From IMG/VR virus record IMGVR_UViG_3300049744_000074: 64,000 nucleotides of DNA, one strand, 5' to 3'. The notes under the pieces are model-generated. The model saw nothing but the letters and a program-made list of their open reading frames with translations. It ran no database searches and had not been told where the DNA came from. The position numbers and the translations under genes are program-made. The stretch comes from an uncultured virus (IMG/VR IMGVR_UViG_3300049744_000074) (Duplodnaviria; Heunggongvirae; Uroviricota; Caudoviricetes). This document shows positions 1 to 9,823 of the stretch, in pieces (the first letter of the stretch is position 1; each line of letters starts with the position of its first letter).

Positions 1-636
1 GACCTCCATATCATTGGCCACTGGACCTACCCCGCCGACACCAAGAAGACCATGTACGTGATTTCCAACACCAAGACTGTCGAACTGCTGCTCAACGGCC
101 AGTCGCTGGGCAAGAATTCCACACCTACGGATGGGTTTAATTTTGTCTTTCCCAATGTCGCGTTCCAGCCGGGCTCCCTGGTGGCTGTCGGTTATGATGC
201 GGCTAGCAAAAAAGTTGCCCGGCAGGAACTCCAGACCGCCGGCCCGGCCAAGAGCATCAAGCTGACGCCGCTGACGGCACCGGGCGGGATGCGCGCGGAT
301 GGGGAGGATATCGCGCTGATTGACTTTGAAGTGGTCGACGCCCAGGGGCGGCGTTGCCCAACGGATGATACGCGGGTGGATTTTACATGTGCGGGCCCGG
401 CAGTGTGGCGCGGCGGGATCAACTCGGGCAAGGAGGGCTCGACGAACAATCTTTACCTGAACACTGAGTGTGGCATCAACCGCGTGGCAGTACGGTCGAC
501 GACGAGTGCAGGGAAGATTGTGGTGACGGCCAAACGCGACGGCCTGGAATCCGCCGCCGTGGAGATCGAAACCAAACCTGTCGCTGTCACCGATGGCCTA
601 GCAAAAATTGATCCGGTCTATCTCCCCCTGAAGTAA
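1..636 (+). CDS. C-terminal part of a glycoside hydrolase family 2 (beta-galactosidase-like) protein; 5' partial
   Basis: Frame is open from base 1 (DLHIIGHWTYP...VELLLNGQSLG...ADGEDIALIDFEVVDAQGR), typical of GH2 C-terminal DUF4982/Ig-like domains. Confidence 0.8.
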   Translation, partial: DLHIIGHWTYPADTKKTMYVISNTKTVELLLNGQSLGKNSTPTDGFNFVFPNVAFQPGSLVAVGYDAASKKVARQELQTAGPAKSIKLTPLTAPGGMRADGEDIALIDFEVVDAQGRRCPTDDTRVDFTCAGPAVWRGGINSGKEGSTNNLYLNTECGINRVAVRSTTSAGKIVVTAKRDGLESAAVEIETKPVAVTDGLAKIDPVYLPLK

Positions 637-1463
637 TGGTATCACTCCCATCCGAGGTTCCATAACCGGCAAGCGAGGGGAAATCCCAAGTTTGGAGTCG
701 ATCCGCAAAATATGAACTGCAGAGCCGCCATTTAACTTCTCGCCGTTTGAGGGGCCGCCTTTTATCTGCCGGTGCCATTTGGCGAGGCTGTGCCGCAGTT
801 TGAAGATCCCAACCTCCTCCGCTCCGGCGAGCGGGACGACTTGAGCCCGCGACAGCCAAACTTGTCACTGCCGCTTTGAAGGAGATCGCTCCTCCACGCG
901 GAGAGGATCGGCCTGCGCCGGGAGAGGCACAGAGATCTGACATGGACAGTTTGGATACCCTCGCTTCGGCGGTTAATGAGGCTCGGTCACGTTGAAGTCT
1001 CTTCAACTGTTACTGAGACGCTCCATTTCACGCAAGGCCGCGAAAATCCCCTCAAAGTTTGGAACGGTTCCTCCTCGCAGTAGCATTCTCCAATTCATCA
1101 AGGCTCCGATCGCCCAAGTCCACGTACTCGCCATTGAATGCACTTTCTGGGAAAAGGTCCCGCTCTTGCACATGCGGCATCATGAGCCGCCGACCAAGCC
1201 AAGGGTGAGCGGCAGTCGAGGCATTATTATGACCTCTTCCAGTTTTACCAGCGCGGCCCCCGAAAGGCCGCAGTTAAGAACGATGGATTTGCGAGACTGA
1301 TCTCGGCTGTGTACGGTATAACACCTCCGTGACACAAGATTTTGGCTAAAGCTGATTCGCGAAGTATAACCAAAAACGCCAAAGCGTATTGCTGGTAGCA
1401 AAATGGGCGGCCTTATCGCTCGCAAAGGCGAGTTATGTGATTGTCGCCTATGGCATTGGTAGC

Positions 1464-1505
1464 AAAAAAATAGCTCAGCCACGCCATCCTATGGCGTAGC
1501 TGGGT
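1464..1505 (-). terminator. Putative intrinsic terminator for leftward transcription
   Basis: Hairpin ctcagc-cacgccat-cct-atggcgta-gctggg next to an A7 run (T7 on the minus strand). Confidence 0.5.
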
Positions 1506-1749
1506 CGCACTCTGCGCGGGCCGCAAAATAATTCCCTTATGGATGGATAATGCCGCCGATTGGAGGGGCGTAGCGAGTGATGAGAGTCCATGGGGTATCT
1601 AGGGTGGCCCAAGCAGATGATTCGGCCATCCCTTGGGCTTGGAAATGCGGATTTTGGGGATAGATGGCGGCGGGAAGACCCCCCAACCTATTGGATGCCA
1701 CTTTATAGTCACCCCCTGAACGGGTGAGGTTGGCTCACAGTGTGGCCGT

Positions 1750-1912
1750 TTATTCACAGAAACCCGCCGGGAGACTACAGGTAAGAATCTATAGGTTGTA
1801 CTACTATAGGTTTAGGGGGTGGTGATTCAGCGTACTCCAGGGGGTGGCAATTCAGCGTACCGGGGGTGGTGATTCAGCGTGGACAACTATTGAAATTCAT
1901 GACTTTTCCACA
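1750..1912. repeat. Putative plasmid oriV: three iterons flanked by DnaA-box-like sites
   Basis: GGGGGTGG(TG/CA)ATTCAGCGT at 1815, 1840 and 1862; TTATTCACA at 1750 and TTTTCCACA at 1904; immediately downstream of repA. Confidence 0.75.
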
Positions 1913-2856
1913 GGGCGGCTCGCGAGGGCGGGTTTCGTCACCATTGTCTTGCTCAATGGCGGGCGCGATTCATGGAGAATCAGCCCGCCGGGAGTTTCCT
2001 CGATCCCTGCGTCCGGGTAAACGACCTTGACCTGATGCAGCACGTGCCGGAATTCCTTCTTGAAATTCTTGGTGTTGCGGTATTCCTGGCCGAACTGATC
2101 GCGGAGGTTCTGCCAACTGAGCATCTCGCCCTGGGCCTTCTTCACCCGGCAAAGGCGGTGGGCCAGCCACGTATACACGTCCAAGGCAAGGGCGGAGTGT
2201 TTCAACGCCGCCAGTGCCCGGTAGTCCAAGGGCACGGCATGGTGCGTGAGTGTGTCAAAAAAGTCCTGAGAAAGTTCCAGTACGCCCGGCCATAGCGTTC
2301 GCTGTGTCCCGTCCTGTTGCAGCCATGCTTCAAAGCGTTTGATCGGCTTGGCGTCCACGGTGACCACTTTGCCCTGAGCCTGCATCCCAAGGGAGAGGCG
2401 GCAGGCGGCAAGGGCCTCCATCTGGCGTTTGAAAACCGTGTAGCCTCCCCGCTTCCCTCCGCTGGTCTGTATCCCGAGCATCGTCAGGAATTGACGCATG
2501 GAGTCGCCGATCTCGACGCTACGGTTTCGCGTGCGGATCGTTTCGCTGCTGACGTGCACCATGACGAGACGGGGCGTGGTTCCATAGGGCAAGGGCTGGT
2601 CAATCCATTCGCGGCCATTCCAGAGCTTGCCTGCTTCCAAGAGCACGCTGACGTGGCCGCTCTGACGCTCAAAGGTCTTGGCGACAGTGCTGCGGCGGGG
2701 CATTCCGACCTGGCACATGACGGTGTGCAAGTAGTCGGCCCGGTCGGGCGGATCGGAATAGATGCGGCCGCCGGCGTCGAGCAATCGGACGGCGGCACGG
2801 CCCAGCGGCTTACTGCCGCTGTTCTCGTTGGCCGTGGTGTCGTCGCTGTGCTGCAC
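1897..2856 (-). CDS. repA: Plasmid replication initiator RepA (IncW/pBBR1-like family)
   Basis: Motifs YLHTVMCQVGMP, LPYGTTPRL, HAVPLD and ALDVYTWLAHRL; adjacent iterons. Confidence 0.85.
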   Translation of the reverse strand: MQHSDDTTANENSGSKPLGRAAVRLLDAGGRIYSDPPDRADYLHTVMCQVGMPRRSTVAKTFERQSGHVSVLLEAGKLWNGREWIDQPLPYGTTPRLVMVHVSSETIRTRNRSVEIGDSMRQFLTMLGIQTSGGKRGGYTVFKRQMEALAACRLSLGMQAQGKVVTVDAKPIKRFEAWLQQDGTQRTLWPGVLELSQDFFDTLTHHAVPLDYRALAALKHSALALDVYTWLAHRLCRVKKAQGEMLSWQNLRDQFGQEYRNTKNFKKEFRHVLHQVKVVYPDAGIEETPGGLILHESRPPLSKTMVTKPALASRPVEKS

Positions 2857-2883
2857 CGTCCCCCCCAGCGTATTTACAGAAAG

Positions 2884-3168
2884 TTACAAAGTCGTATTTC
2901 CGGGGGTGGTCACGGGCGATGCCCCCTCCCCCGGCTTCTGTTGGTACTCCTCCGGGTAATTGATTTCAAGCAGTTTGCGGATTTCCTCGGCCATGTTCTC
3001 GCCCCGCATCGCACACTGGCTTTTGATCCGGGCGTGCAATTTCCGGGGCACGTCGATGGTAAGCCGTTTGGTTGGCTCGCCCGTGGCGGCATTCTTGTCG
3101 CCGATCCAATCCTCCGCCGACAGGCGGTTGGATGGCTTGGCAGCAATGTGGATTTTCTTGCCGCTCAT
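2884..3168 (-). CDS. Ribbon-helix-helix partition protein (ParG-like)
   Basis: TKRLTIDVPRKLHARIKSQCA RHH pattern; translationally coupled to parA. Confidence 0.75.
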   Translation of the reverse strand: MSGKKIHIAAKPSNRLSAEDWIGDKNAATGEPTKRLTIDVPRKLHARIKSQCAMRGENMAEEIRKLLEINYPEEYQQKPGEGASPVTTPGNTTL

Positions 3169-3797
3169 GGTTGGTACTCCAAGATGTCGTCCACCAGTGC
3201 CGCCAGTTCCTTCCCTGCCGGGTTGTCGGGGGCGGTCTCAAATACAGTCTGCCCTTGGGCTGCTGATTCGGCCAAAGCCACCCGCTGGCAGATGGCGGTT
3301 CTGAGTACCGGAATCGGATACTCGGCGAGTGCCTCGGCCACGTCGCGGCCAAGGGCCGTATTTACGATTTTACGATTAATTACAAATGCAGATTTCAGGT
3401 TGGGCTTGAACACGGAAGCCTCGCCGAGCAAGTCCACGATCTCCTTGGCTGCCCACACGTCGTAGGGCGAGGGCTGCACTGGAATGAGCACAAGGTCGCT
3501 GGCCATGATCGCCGACCGTGCCACTTCGTAGACGCGAGGCGGTCCGTCAATTAAGACAAATTCGTAGCCTTTGGCAAGTGCGGGCAGTTCTTTGTGGATG
3601 GATGGTCGCGGCAACCCTGCCACTGGAAAAAGCGGGTCGCCCTTCCGCGATGCCGCCCAATCGAGGGCCGAACCCTGCGGGTCGGCGTCCACGAGCAAGA
3701 CCCGCTTCTTCCTCCTGGCCAGTGCATCGGCGACGTGGACGGCGAGCGTGGTTTTGCCCACGCCGCCCTTCTGATTTAGGAACCCAATGATCATCAT
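3165..3797 (-). CDS. parA: ParA family partition ATPase (short, type Ib-like)
   Basis: Deviant Walker A NQKGGVGKTT, LVDADPQGS and LIDGPP. Confidence 0.95.
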   Translation of the reverse strand: MMIIGFLNQKGGVGKTTLAVHVADALARRKKRVLLVDADPQGSALDWAASRKGDPLFPVAGLPRPSIHKELPALAKGYEFVLIDGPPRVYEVARSAIMASDLVLIPVQPSPYDVWAAKEIVDLLGEASVFKPNLKSAFVINRKIVNTALGRDVAEALAEYPIPVLRTAICQRVALAESAAQGQTVFETAPDNPAGKELAALVDDILEYQP

Positions 3798-3807
3798 TCT
3801 CCCTCCC

Positions 3808-3915
3808 CTGATTTACGATTTTGCAGAATTAGGATTCCACGATTAGCACGATTTACGGAAAGGGTCAATTGCAGATTTGCAGAGACACGACGCGTCGTAA
3901 TTCTGCAAATACAGA
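3808..3915. promoter_or_regulatory. Putative centromere/operator repeats upstream of parA
   Basis: Short AT-rich repeats (ACGATT x3, TGCAGA x3) in the parA promoter region. Confidence 0.45.
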
Positions 3916-4058
3916 CTCCTAAGCACTGCTTAGGGGAGATGTCTGACAATAAAATTCTTATCCGCGGGGAACGTGTGAAAACGTTGCTCACGGTCGATTT
4001 CAACACCGTTGAACTCGTCGAAAACCGTCGTCCGAAGGTCGTCGGAATACGGGAATCG

Positions 4059-4337
4059 TCAATGCGATTCCGCGTGTGCGGCTTGCAGGATGAGGCCGCA
4101 AATCCACTCGGCGGTGTCGCGGCTGTCGAACTCGCCGATCATGTCGATCATGGGAACGCCGTCCACGCCCTCCGGCACTTCATGGAGGATAATCCAGCGG
4201 TTGGCGTGGGAGTCCGGCATGGGATAGAACGGCTGGCCGCCGATGTTCTGACGGAACGCGGCGGTCACGAAATAGGGGGCTCGCGACCCCTGCCAAAACT
4301 CAGCATGGGAGTAAGGACTCCGTTGTTTTGCATTCAT
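4059..4337 (-). CDS. Hypothetical protein, paralog of 4812..5081
   Basis: Shares AEFW...AAFR...AN.W.I..EV...GEF....AE.IC.LI with 4812..5081. Confidence 0.7.
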   Translation of the reverse strand: MNAKQRSPYSHAEFWQGSRAPYFVTAAFRQNIGGQPFYPMPDSHANRWIILHEVPEGVDGVPMIDMIGEFDSRDTAEWICGLILQAAHAESH

Positions 4338-4484
4338 GGTGCGGCTCCCTCGTTGGGCTTTCTAGGTGTGCCACGAAACCGCGTGAGTGGCAACCGGATT
4401 GTAAAAGAGGGAGCCGCTGCAACTTTCACTTGCCAGAAACCGGCGGAAAGTGCTACTGTTGGCGAGGGGATGAGGGGGCAACGG

Positions 4485-4790
4485 ATGGCCAGAAAGCCGG
4501 TGGACCTGGACAAGGCAAAGCAGGAAATGACCTCGCCTGCCCATGAGGTCATCGCCCATTTATATAAGGCACTCTTGAACATGGAGCCGTTCACCCTGAT
4601 GGACGGCACGCCTGTCCGCGTCGAAAAGTACGTGCCGCCGGAAATCAATGACGCCGGGGAAGCTGAGTGCGGCGTGGATGTCATCCTGCCGAACGGCCAT
4701 TTGGAATTCATGATGAGGAATACGGGCTGGGGCAAATCATTCGCCGGTGGAATCTCCAAGAAGCCACCGAAGCGGGGACACCAGCGATAA
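4485..4790 (+). CDS. Hypothetical protein (MARKPVDLDKAKQE...)
   Basis: GAGGGGG RBS upstream; plausible globular sequence. Confidence 0.6.
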   Translation: MARKPVDLDKAKQEMTSPAHEVIAHLYKALLNMEPFTLMDGTPVRVEKYVPPEINDAGEAECGVDVILPNGHLEFMMRNTGWGKSFAGGISKKPPKRGHQR

Positions 4791-4811
4791 GGCGGTGCCC
4801 CCGGAATCGTG

Positions 4812-5081
4812 TCAACGCTTGGCAGTGCCCTCGATCAATTCGCAAACCATCTCGGCAACGGTAACGTCTTCAAACTCGCCGACCATAAGACGGTCGGGCA
4901 TGTCGCCGAGTTCGCCTTGAACTTCGCGAACGATCACCCAGCAATTCGCCTTGGCCATTGGATAGGGATACATGAGAACTCCGCGGCCATTGTCACGAAA
5001 TGCCGCCTCGATGCGGTATTGATCGCGGTTGGCTCGCCAGAATTCAGCTTGTGTCGGTTCATTTGATGTTTCTACGCTCAT
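4812..5081 (-). CDS. Hypothetical protein, paralog of 4059..4337
   Basis: AAGGAG RBS; paralogy with 4059..4337. Confidence 0.7.
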   Translation of the reverse strand: MSVETSNEPTQAEFWRANRDQYRIEAAFRDNGRGVLMYPYPMAKANCWVIVREVQGELGDMPDRLMVGEFEDVTVAEMVCELIEGTAKR

Positions 5082-5110
5082 GGCACTTCTCCTTTGCTGA
5101 TTACATTCGA

Positions 5111-5267
5111 CCGCGACCCTCGCGGCCTGACGGCACCGCTCATAAAGCCGATGAAGCCGGGGCGAACGCTTGCGGGAGCGTACCGGGCAAGCGAAAGGCC
5201 GAAGGCTTCCACCCTACTTGGGGTGGAAAGCGGCCTTGGCAGCTTGCGCGGCCCCGGCGTCGGCTTT
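5111..5267. repeat. Conserved long hairpin element, copy 1
   Basis: Core CGAAAGGCCGAAGGCTTCC-[hairpin]-GGAAAGCGGCCTTGGCAG, identical to 10538-10584 in both flanking blocks; nested inverted repeats. Confidence 0.8.
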
Positions 5268-5374
5268 AAGGTGTCCGTCGAATCTGGCCGCATGTCGCGG
5301 GGCATGTCGGCAGAGTGGGAGACATGATGCGGTGACACTAAATAGGACCGATGTGGAATTCTGCGGATGTACGG

Positions 5375-5869
5375 TCAACGATGCCGTCCCTGATCGGTTC
5401 GGTCGGTTTCATCCAGCGATGACTGTCGGCGGGCATAGGCTTCGAGTTGACGGGCGGGCCGTTCCCCAAATTCAAGGGCATACATCTGGACCGCCTGGGT
5501 GAATTGCTCCTGCATGGCTTGCCGGGCGTTCTCCTGCGTGACCTCCCTCATGGCATCGAGCAAATCAATAAGGCGGTCCGCGAGCGATTCGGTAATCGCC
5601 CGAATTTCATCGGCTTCCGGGCGTATGGCCCTTCCATCCTCATCGTGACCAAAATGACCCGCAGCAACCGAGCCGGGCAGGGGACGCGGCACGGGCAACT
5701 TGGCCACAACGTCGGTGTGCCGCTTGCGAGGCGAGCATGTCTTGGGCCGTTGGGCCTCAATGCTGGCCGGTGGTGTCTCCGGTTCACGCGAGGCTGCTTC
5801 CCAATCCAGCGTAAGCTGATTGCGGTCCTGGGGTGTCGGGCCACGGTTCCCGCCGTGACGCTTCATCAC
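5375..5869 (-). CDS. Hypothetical protein
   Basis: Co-oriented in the leftward operon; ends in a ..DQGRHR tail typical of mobile-element proteins. Confidence 0.6.
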   Translation of the reverse strand: MMKRHGGNRGPTPQDRNQLTLDWEAASREPETPPASIEAQRPKTCSPRKRHTDVVAKLPVPRPLPGSVAAGHFGHDEDGRAIRPEADEIRAITESLADRLIDLLDAMREVTQENARQAMQEQFTQAVQMYALEFGERPARQLEAYARRQSSLDETDRTDQGRHR

Positions 5870-5891
5870 TACTTACCGGCGTCGGCGGGCG

Positions 5892-6251
5892 TCATCGGCT
5901 CATGGCCTGCTCGCCTGCGAATTCAGCGGCGAGCCTCTGGGCGATCTCCCGCGTTACCGGCGTCATGTTGACCGTCCATGCCTTCTGTTTGACATGGTAG
6001 AAATAGCCGTAGTATTTGAGCCGTTCCTTGACCTGATCGCCGGGGTCCTTGGCGAAATTGAAAACCATTTGATTCGCCAGCTTATTTTCGCCCATTTCAA
6101 ACCCGGCGGCTTTGTTAGTGACGAGCGGGCGATACGGCTCGGCCCATTTGGTTTCAGACGCCGGGCGCGGATTATCCGCGACCGGCGGCGGTGCCTCTGC
6201 GACCTGCACGGCGGCGGTCGGCTGGACTGGCGGCTGCTTTTTTCGTGGCAT
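5892..6251 (-). CDS. Hypothetical protein
   Basis: GGAGG RBS before MPRKKQPP. Confidence 0.6.
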   Translation of the reverse strand: MPRKKQPPVQPTAAVQVAEAPPPVADNPRPASETKWAEPYRPLVTNKAAGFEMGENKLANQMVFNFAKDPGDQVKERLKYYGYFYHVKQKAWTVNMTPVTREIAQRLAAEFAGEQAMSR

Positions 6252-6417
6252 ACATCTCCCTCCCTGTTGATGAATCCGCCCCGCAAGGCGGGGCGGATTC
6301 TCGATGATGGCACAAAAAGATTGCGGATTCGTAAACACTCCCCACCCCAAAAAACGAAAAAAGCGTCGCGGCGAACCGCAGACGCTTGAATCGTCACAAC
6401 AATATAGTGTGCCGGGA

Positions 6418-7290
6418 TTACTCCGGCGTCCCCCGTTGCCCACGAATCCAGTCGGCGGCTTTCTGTGCGGCTCCAGCGGCGGCGATCACCAGTTTCTTGT
6501 CGTTCTTCAACTGCTTGAGCCATCCGCCAATGTACGCGGCTTGGTTCTCGATCACGGCGGGTTTGATGCCGACTTCACCACAAAGGAATGCAGCGGCCAT
6601 TTCCGCAATCAGTTCCTCCTTGCCGTAGTCGGGCGAACCGAACGGCTTGGGGTTGCTGTCGAGTCCGCGATCCAATCGGGTGCTATGTCCGGTCGAATGG
6701 GCCAGCTCATGAAACAGGGTCGAATAATATTCCTCGGACGATGCAAACCGCGTCGCCTCCGGCATCTTCACCGTATCGGTGCCGGGCCGGTAGAACGCCT
6801 GCGATCCTCCTTGCTCGATGGCCGGTCCTGCCGCGTATCCCTTGGCCAACGTCTCGGCGGCGTCGATGGGCTTAAACTCGGTGGGCACAAACGGCACGGC
6901 GTCGGGTGCTTTGATGCCGTCGCATTGCTCCACGTTGAAAACGTTGTAATAGCGGAGCAAGGGAATTTTCTTGGCGTCGCCAGTGTCTTTGTCCGCCACG
7001 TCAAGCTGTTTCCAGAAAACCACCATCGAAGACTTTTCGCCCTTCTTGACCATTCCGCCTTTAGCTTTCGCCTGATTGACGGTGAGCCAAAACGATGAGC
7101 CATAGCCTTTGGCAAAGGCAGAGAATGCCAGCAAGAAAACATTCACGCCGCGATACGGTTTGGTGCTCTCCATGTTCTTGGGATGGCCAGCGGAAGAACG
7201 GCCAAGGATGGGGGAACGCCACGGCACTACGCCCTGATCGAGCATGGCCACGATTTGATTGGTCACTTCGGTGTAAAGATCGAACGTCAT
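6418..7290 (-). CDS. ardC: Antirestriction protein ArdC (ssDNA-binding N-domain plus zincin-like metallopeptidase)
   Basis: LYTEVTNQIVAML..GVVPW, YRGVN, YNVFNVEQ, HELAHSTGH..RLDR and Y..EELIAE. Confidence 0.92.
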   Translation of the reverse strand: MTFDLYTEVTNQIVAMLDQGVVPWRSPILGRSSAGHPKNMESTKPYRGVNVFLLAFSAFAKGYGSSFWLTVNQAKAKGGMVKKGEKSSMVVFWKQLDVADKDTGDAKKIPLLRYYNVFNVEQCDGIKAPDAVPFVPTEFKPIDAAETLAKGYAAGPAIEQGGSQAFYRPGTDTVKMPEATRFASSEEYYSTLFHELAHSTGHSTRLDRGLDSNPKPFGSPDYGKEELIAEMAAAFLCGEVGIKPAVIENQAAYIGGWLKQLKNDKKLVIAAAGAAQKAADWIRGQRGTPE

Positions 7291-7677
7291 AGAAACTACT
7301 CCTCTTTGGTTTTGAGGGAGGCGGTTGTGGAAACAACCACAAGGCACGCCTTTCCCTCGACGGAGAGGAGAGCGAAATGCCCGCGCGCAGCAGTCAATGG
7401 AGGAACCGTCGGAGAAGAGGCTCCATGTACGCATGGAGTAGTTCCTTGACGGCGAGCACGGGCATGTAGAATCAGTCGTCAGAGGGAAAGGCAGGCATGT
7501 ATTCGTCGTCGTCGGGCATTTGCACCAGGGGGCCGCAAGGGGCAGGGCCGTCGCGTACCCGCGACCGAGCGTATGCGGAGCCTGGAGTCACCCGGTCGCC
7601 CGCTGGCGGGGTGCCCAAAACATTGAAGCTCATGAAGTCTTTACGTTTGATTAACCCGTGAGCTGTATCTTTAAAAG

Positions 7678-8613
7678 ATGAGGAAAAACAGTCGGCAAGG
7701 CTTCACGCTCATCGAACTTTCCATTGTGCTGGTGATCATCGGCCTGATCGTGGGTGGTGTGCTGGTGGGACAGGATTTGATCAATGCTGCCGAAATCCGG
7801 GCAACCATTTCTCAAATCGAAAAGTACCGCACAGCCGTCAATGCGTTCCGCATCAAATACAACTGTCTCCCAGGCGATTGTGCCAATGCGGCAAATTATG
7901 GTTTCGCTGCCCGAGGCTCATATCCAGGAGAAGGCGACGGGGACGGAGTAATCGAAGGAATAACCGCAGATGCTGCAAGTATGAATATCGGCAAGCGGAT
8001 ATTTGGCGGGGAAACGGCCATTTTCTGGGAAGATTTAAGTCAGGCAGGACTGATCGATGGATATTTCAATACGGGAATCGCTACTAGCCCGCCTGCTTCT
8101 GTAACTACTCCGCAGGTGGCCAGTTATTTCCCGCGGGCGAAAATCGGACGCGGAAACTACGTGTATGTGTACAGCGGCGGCTGGATCGGGTGGTTTGGCG
8201 GATGGGGCTTTACCGATGGACTTAATTATTTTGCCCTTTCAGGAATACAGCAAAGCAAAGCGGGAACTTTCGGAATTGCATCCGGGCTGGCTTCCTTGAA
8301 AGTAATCGAAGCAAGTAATATCGACGGCAAAATGGATGATGGCTTTCCGCAATCAGGCAAAGTCATGGCAGCCTATCCTGCATTGATGGCGTATTGGGCC
8401 AAGGGTGGCACCATTGATCCAAATAACGGTTCAGCATTCCAGGGGGACTCTGATCCTTCCAATCATGGTCCAGTCCTGGCCGGAGACGGCGTGTCAACAG
8501 CGTCCTCAGCGACTACCTGTTACGACAATGGCGGCGTCGCGGGGGCAACCGAGCAATATTCGTTGGTCAGTGGTGGGTCAGGACTCAACTGTGCCCTCTC
8601 GTTTCAGTTTTGA
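7678..8613 (+). CDS. Prepilin-type N-terminal cleavage/methylation domain protein
   Basis: QG|FTLIELSIVLVIIGLIVGG; KY..LPGD; IDGKMDDG.P..G. Confidence 0.9.
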   Translation: MRKNSRQGFTLIELSIVLVIIGLIVGGVLVGQDLINAAEIRATISQIEKYRTAVNAFRIKYNCLPGDCANAANYGFAARGSYPGEGDGDGVIEGITADAASMNIGKRIFGGETAIFWEDLSQAGLIDGYFNTGIATSPPASVTTPQVASYFPRAKIGRGNYVYVYSGGWIGWFGGWGFTDGLNYFALSGIQQSKAGTFGIASGLASLKVIEASNIDGKMDDGFPQSGKVMAAYPALMAYWAKGGTIDPNNGSAFQGDSDPSNHGPVLAGDGVSTASSATTCYDNGGVAGATEQYSLVSGGSGLNCALSFQF

Positions 8614-8692
8614 CCGGTGATGTGCAGTGAGGCCAGTATGGCCTTGAAGTCGCATCCCGGAAATATCTCTTGGGAATGCAGGGCAAATTCTG

Positions 8693-9037
8693 TCATAGAA
8701 AAGTAGGCTGTTGGAGATGGCTGGCAATCTGCTGACGCAAATCAGCCAATTCGTGGAGCACACTTTGGGGTTCACCCTGTAAACCGCTGGGCCATGTCCG
8801 TAATAATTCTTCCAAGCCTGCGACTCTGGCATCGGCGAAAGAAACGTATCCTGGCGACTGAATAAAGATGGGGCCACAATGACCGCCATAGCAGTAAAGC
8901 AATTCGGTACTTTGACGATAAAGTCCATCGGCACACTGTGCTACACAAACCGAAGCGTAAGAACGGCCACGCCGTGCGACAATTTCCTCGGTGCCGCCAC
9001 TTATGGCATATTCGTTCGGAACTGGGAACTCGCTCAT
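8693..9037 (-). CDS. Hypothetical protein
   Basis: ATGA overlap with the methyltransferase stop; GGAGG RBS. Confidence 0.6.
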   Translation of the reverse strand: MSEFPVPNEYAISGGTEEIVARRGRSYASVCVAQCADGLYRQSTELLYCYGGHCGPIFIQSPGYVSFADARVAGLEELLRTWPSGLQGEPQSVLHELADLRQQIASHLQQPTFL

Positions 9038-9795
9038 GCCGCACCTCCTTTCTCGAATACCATGCACACGTCATGGAGGCCGGGAATGAAGCTGCTGCGA
9101 TACACCTTGCGGCTGCTGGATGCACCGTGACTGAATCTGATGATGTCGGTGCAACATTGGCGAAGCCCGCACTCAAAGGCCAATTGTTTGGTGTAGTAGG
9201 TGAGTGGAACGAAACCGGCGTCACGGTCGCAATAGTCACCCATGAGAATGGCGAGTTTGCCATTGGGTTCGAGCGAACCGGCACAGTTCGCGATCAATAG
9301 GCGGTAGCGTTCAAGGAACGCATCGAGCGTCGGCGTCCGCGAAAGGTCACGCGGATCGTTGGTGTAGAGTTTCTGCCGCCAGTATGGCGGATGAATCCAC
9401 GCGAACTCAAAGCAGCCACGGGGGAATTTCGTGGCATCGCACGCATCCACGTTCTCGTGCAAATCGCTCGACCAGCAATAGAGGGCCAGTTCTTTGCACA
9501 CGTCACGGCACGTGCCGCTGCCGGTCATGGGGTCAAAAATGCTGGCGGGTTTGTAATACCGGAGCAAGTCCTTGATGAGATTGCCGCCGCAATTGCCGGG
9601 ATAGCTGCGGTCGCCATATTCACCGGCTTTGCTGAAATGGTAGAGGCTGGTCAGGTGCGGAACCGGACTGGCATTGATCGGTGCCAGTGGCAGTTTCGCG
9701 TAACGAATCTGCGACGTGCTCGCGGGTACGAAGGAGCGTTTGCTCTGCCGTGCGGCAAAAAATGGATTGATGGCGTTGGAAATCATGGGTGTCAT
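9034..9795 (-). CDS. Orphan amino (N6A/N4C) DNA methyltransferase
   Basis: SAM-binding motif FDPMTGSGT and catalytic-type HPPY. Confidence 0.8.
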   Translation of the reverse strand: MTPMISNAINPFFAARQSKRSFVPASTSQIRYAKLPLAPINASPVPHLTSLYHFSKAGEYGDRSYPGNCGGNLIKDLLRYYKPASIFDPMTGSGTCRDVCKELALYCWSSDLHENVDACDATKFPRGCFEFAWIHPPYWRQKLYTNDPRDLSRTPTLDAFLERYRLLIANCAGSLEPNGKLAILMGDYCDRDAGFVPLTYYTKQLAFECGLRQCCTDIIRFSHGASSSRKVYRSSFIPGLHDVCMVFEKGGAA

Positions 9796-9823
9796 GGTGT
9801 CGATCCTTTCATGTGGTGTGAAT

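Noticed and set aside
637..1460. Left att site of the mobilizable element (e.g. GCGGGACGAC at 831)
   Set aside because: No convincing match to the tRNA-Pro 3' end, so the boundary is left undefined; the short ORFs here are unsupported
1471..1520. TAGCTCAGCC, resembling a tRNA D arm
   Set aside because: No T arm or cloverleaf; better explained as a terminator hairpin
1815..1880. Possible CRISPR mini-array
   Set aside because: Spacers are only 1-4 nt and the repeats lie beside repA, so they are iterons; no cas genes are present
3939..4484. 5' extension of the 3939..4790 ORF
   Set aside because: Overlaps the better-supported minus-strand paralog; the start at 4485 has an RBS
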